NCBI GenBank assembly: GCA_030704615.1 | Contig: CM060733.1 | Span: forward strand, 40,858,001-40,922,000 | Source of the DNA: Takakia lepidozioides | Lineage: Eukaryota > Plantae > Bryophyta | Reading direction: 5' to 3' | Length of the DNA: 64,000 nt | In this document: piece after piece, positions 63,751 to 64,000 of the stretch | Position numbering within the stretch: position 1 is the first letter of the stretch | Layout of the letters: each line of letters begins with the position of its first letter | Position numbers and translations under genes: made by a program | Notes under the pieces: model-generated | Seen by the model: only the letters and a program-made list of their open reading frames with translations | The model's database searches: none | What the model was told of the DNA's origin: nothing

Positions 63751-64000
63751 CATGGACGTTGTAAAGCTTCTTCCTTTCTCTCCGCTTCGTCACTTATGGT
63801 ATTCAAATAGTAAAATTGGTTAAAGAGGAACGGTGCAAGACCCCAAATCAAACCTCATGAGAAACCTCCTTCATGAGCACCTTAGCAAAGCCAGAACCTT
63901 CAGCTTTGAGGACCAGAAGTGCTTGTCAGCTTAAATGCACGAAGCACTTCATCTTTGGGCGACATTTGGAGTTTGTAGATGTAGTGTTATTGTTATTCTA

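Noticed and set aside
63012-63823. 130-aa and 139-aa plus-strand ORFs as continuing VPS41 exons
   Set aside because: No similarity to the expected VPS41 continuation; the second overlaps the short repeat and CT tract.
1-64000. CRISPR arrays, rRNA or tRNA genes
   Set aside because: No regularly spaced repeat-spacer array or recognisable structural RNA gene was seen.

Overview
Eukaryotic nuclear DNA from a land plant. It is probably a bryophyte or other seed-free plant with C-to-U organellar editing, inferred from PLS/DYW PPR genes and Marchantia-style F-box sequence. Intact-looking genes: a tandem pair of TIC32-like short-chain dehydrogenases (first copy only partly in window), intronless SMO1, a 665-aa PLS-PPR ORF, V-ATPase subunit E, DVR, and the 5' part of VPS41. 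Between them lie decayed gene fragments (NPF, SPT16, DYW, PLD, F-box, Crinkler-like) and repeats. Three observations stand out. (1) A Ty3/gypsy element with a PHD finger after the integrase and non-canonical split termini (B...A-B-A). Its TG...CA ends match the two halves of an internal palindrome, and it sits cleanly with a 4-bp TSD inside another element's integrase. (2) Three paralogous minus-strand loci carry an OSB-type PDF (organellar ssDNA-binding) motif; in two it lies upstream of a PLS-PPR array, and in one it splices in frame to the array, which is followed by a decayed E/DYW domain. (3) A spliceable, stop-free chimeric ORF joins the RPN5 N-terminus to a KRP/ICK CDK-inhibitor domain. 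All exon models were derived by eye from splice signals and recalled protein motifs; no searches were run.
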